Of a stretch of 26,204 nt of DNA, positions 23,811 to 26,204 are shown piece by piece (position 1 is the stretch's first letter; each line of letters starts with the position of its first letter). Location: IMG/VR virus record IMGVR_UViG_3300026123_000026, positions 1 to 26,204 of that record. The stretch is one strand, 5' to 3'. Made by a program: the position numbers and the translations under genes. The notes beneath the pieces were generated by a model. That model was not told where the DNA came from. It searched no databases and saw nothing but the letters and a program-made list of their open reading frames with translations. This stretch comes from a virus (Duplodnaviria > Caudoviricetes).

Positions 23811-24221
23811 TTATCGAATTACGTCATCATCAGGTACTTCACCAAATCCTGGTGTAGAAATGTTATCTTCATATGTATGAGCTTCAGATACTTTTTGTAC
23901 TAAAAACCCACTATCTTGTTCTATATAATATTCCAACGATCTACCATCCCATTTAAACTGGGGATATCTTAAATTTGGATATAAAACATTGCCGTCTTCG
24001 TCAACTCCTTCAAAAAAGTCAATGCCTTCTTCAAAGTCTGGAAAGTTTTCTTCTTCAATTCCTAAGTCGTTAATTACAACAATATTTTCTTCACCGCCTT
24101 GAAGCTGATCAATTCTGATAAGATATAGTTCTCCATCTTGATTCCTGCGAAGACCATAAAAATATCTTTTAATAATACCGTTAAGTACATCTTGCGGATT
24201 ACTTCCAATATAATAACTCAT
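23811..24221 (-). CDS. Conserved hypothetical acidic phage protein
   Basis: 136 aa ORF abutting the upstream stop; RYFYGLRR...GELY...FFEG...NLRYPQFKWD...YYI motifs; in operon. Confidence 0.72.
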   Translation of the reverse strand: MSYYIGSNPQDVLNGIIKRYFYGLRRNQDGELYLIRIDQLQGGEENIVVINDLGIEEENFPDFEEGIDFFEGVDEDGNVLYPNLRYPQFKWDGRSLEYYIEQDSGFLVQKVSEAHTYEDNISTPGFGEVPDDDVIR

Positions 24222-24551
24222 TTATACAATCTCCACATAGCTCATTACAACATCAACACTATCATTAGTGCTTGACTGAATTAATAATTTGTTAGATGGT
24301 GCAATGATTAACTTTTCTCCAGTTGACACTACTCGTAAACTAGTGTTAGCCGGCAATATAGTATCTTTTAGATAGTATCCGGTTACGCTAGTATCATCTG
24401 AAATTAATACGCTTACATACACAAATGATGATGTAAGGTTAGTTAAACTTAAACCGATAACAGTAGCACGTTGAGAAGGACTTGTTTCTAGTATGTCTAC
24501 CGGTACAGTTCCTATTTCTTTTACTACTTTATTTTTAAATATCGTTGCCAT
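24222..24551 (-). CDS. Small beta-rich virion protein (paralogue of 9627..9947)
   Basis: MATIFKNK...TVIGLSLTN...YYLKDTILPANTSL...GEKLII...SVDVVMSYVEI, a recognisable small phage structural family. Confidence 0.78.
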   Translation of the reverse strand: MATIFKNKVVKEIGTVPVDILETSPSQRATVIGLSLTNLTSSFVYVSVLISDDTSVTGYYLKDTILPANTSLRVVSTGEKLIIAPSNKLLIQSSTNDSVDVVMSYVEIV

Positions 24552-24555
24552 CTTT

Positions 24556-26202
24556 TTATCCCAAATATAATACTGTTTCTATTGCAAGATCATTTGCATC
24601 GTTCGGCGATAGACCTGCTTCTGCACCTGCAACACTTACCCACTGCACACCGTCAAATACTTCAACACGTTGGTCGTCTGTGTTAAATCTTTGCATACCA
24701 ACTTCGCGGTAAGCAATACCCGGACGTTCTGCACTTGTACCGCTTGGTATAACTAAGCCGTATGTGCCGTCAAATTTAACATAACCATTGTTTGTATTTT
24801 CAAATAGCGTAACACTATCTGCTGAGGTATTTAGTATAGTGTTATTCTTGATTGCGAAGTTTTCAAACTTAACAGAACCTGTACCTTGTGCAGCAAATAC
24901 TAGGTCAGTATTAGATGTTACAGTACTTATCTCATTGTTATCTACTTGAATATCATCTACGGTTACACGCTCTGCATTTAGTCTAGTTGCATCCAAATCT
25001 GCAATTAAACTTCCTTGACTATAGAATCTAATTACGCCGTCATTTGAACCTTCAGTTAATTCAGCAGTAATCTTAGTGTCACCGTCTAAATCTTCTACAC
25101 CTTGTAGTATAATCCAGTTTGTTCCGTTGTAGCCTTCAAATCTTTGTAGATCGCTGTTATAACGAATTTGGCCAGTTGTAGGAGTAGCAGGTCGTTCTAG
25201 TGTAGTACCAGTCGGTATCTTAATTGCACCTGTACTGTTTACAATAACGTTTTCTGATCCTGGTTCAATTGTAAAGTCGCCAGTTGTTGTTATAGTAGAT
25301 CCGTTAATTGTAAAGTCATCTACAATTATACTGCCTGTGCCATTAGCACGTAATTCTAAGTCACTGTTAGATGTTGTAGTAGTAATATAATTGTCGTCAA
25401 TTAATATATCGCCAGTTGTAAAGTTATTAGCAGTAATAGAACCAACAGCAGTAATATCTTCAACAAATATAGTTGCACCTACAGTAAGGTCGTTAATTAT
25501 TTCAACATCGTTATTTGGTACAACAATGTTCCCTGTGCCATTTGCACGTAACTCTAAATCACTGTTTGATAGAGTTGTTTCAATTACATTGCCTGCAATT
25601 TGTATATTTTCAAACTGCATTGCACTAGTAATGTTAACTGCACCACTTACTGTTAGGTTACCTGTAAGTGTGTGATCGCCAGTTTGTGTGTAATTTCCAA
25701 CGTGTGTTACATTGCCTACAATGTTTGTATCTTCTAGATCAGTTGTTCCGTTAACAGTTAAATTTTGCTCAATAGTAACATCGTTTAACGGAACATAAAT
25801 TTCTCCAGTACCGTTAGCACGTAGTTCTAGGTTTGAGTTACTTGTAGTTGTAGTAATGATGTTGTCATCAATTAAGATGTCACCTGTGCTAAATCTATTT
25901 GCAGTAATTGTACCTGAACTTGAAATATCACCAGTAGTAATTGTTCCTGTTACTTCTAGATCATTATCAATAACAACATCGTTATTAGGAACAATAACTT
26001 CGCCTGTGCCGTTTGCACGTAGTTCTAAATCTGAATTAGAAAGTGTAGTAGTTACTACATTGCCATCAATATTAACGTCTTCAAACTGTGTTGCACTTGA
26101 AATTGTTACTAAACCGTTAACAGTTAAATTACCAGTTTGTGTAGTATTACCAGTTTGTACTGTGTCACCTACGTGTGTAATTGTGCCTGTAATGTTAGTG
26201 TC
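24556..26202 (-). CDS. 5'-truncated long repeat-containing tail fibre protein
   Basis: The frame of ORF 24556..25620 stays open to the window end (DTNITGTITHVGDTVQTG...). Four SNS(D/N)LELRANGTG repeats and two IP.GT..ERP....G..R(Y/F)N.D....E..(N/D)G..W modules. Confidence 0.85.
   Translation of the reverse strand, partial: DTNITGTITHVGDTVQTGNTTQTGNLTVNGLVTISSATQFEDVNIDGNVVTTTLSNSDLELRANGTGEVIVPNNDVVIDNDLEVTGTITTGDISSSGTITANRFSTGDILIDDNIITTTTSNSNLELRANGTGEIYVPLNDVTIEQNLTVNGTTDLEDTNIVGNVTHVGNYTQTGDHTLTGNLTVSGAVNITSAMQFENIQIAGNVIETTLSNSDLELRANGTGNIVVPNNDVEIINDLTVGATIFVEDITAVGSITANNFTTGDILIDDNYITTTTSNSDLELRANGTGSIIVDDFTINGSTITTTGDFTIEPGSENVIVNSTGAIKIPTGTTLERPATPTTGQIRYNSDLQRFEGYNGTNWIILQGVEDLDGDTKITAELTEGSNDGVIRFYSQGSLIADLDATRLNAERVTVDDIQVDNNEISTVTSNTDLVFAAQGTGSVKFENFAIKNNTILNTSADSVTLFENTNNGYVKFDGTYGLVIPSGTSAERPGIAYREVGMQRFNTDDQRVEVFDGVQWVSVAGAEAGLSPNDANDLAIETVLYLG
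25335..26202 (-). repeat. Coding tandem repeat, 471-nt (157 aa) unit containing two LELRANGTG sub-repeats
   Basis: DTNITG (26202) and DTNIVG (25731) are 471 nt apart; GDILIDDN.ITTTTSNS.LELRANGTG recurs at the same spacing. Confidence 0.8.
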
Positions 26203-26204
26203 TT

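Noticed and set aside
1-26204. Alternative genetic code (stop-codon reassignment as in some large phages)
   Set aside because: Standard-code ORFs tile the window almost without gaps, including 5.5 and 8.3 kb frames, so no recoding is needed.

Overview
AT-rich, densely coding window from what appears to be a large tailed dsDNA phage (probably T4-like or jumbo, myovirus-type). Four short + strand genes come first: the 3' end of a probable neck/tail-completion gene, a Nudix hydrolase, a degenerate cupin and a hypothetical. They converge on a roughly 24.5 kb - strand operon of virion fibre/adhesin genes. The operon holds a truncated repeat-rich fibre, two giant paralogues (1837 and 2758 aa; CBM5/12-like repeats, probable beta-helix, Asp-box-like propeller) and a short fibre with a Peptidase_S74 chaperone. 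It also holds three adhesin-like genes sharing one N-terminal module (Gly-rich+LamG, Gly-rich, ILEI/FAM3-like heads), a fibrinogen-like protein, a Cys-rich small protein and a fibre ending in a cupredoxin-like type-1 copper motif. The most striking signal is six helical repeats in the 2758-aa protein, mostly about 150-160 aa apart. They resemble the phycobiliprotein (globin-fold) chromophore helix, with the C-x-x-D of the bilin-binding site retained in all six. All family calls come from motif recognition by eye; no database search was run. No tRNA, rRNA, CRISPR array, integrase or transposase was recognised.
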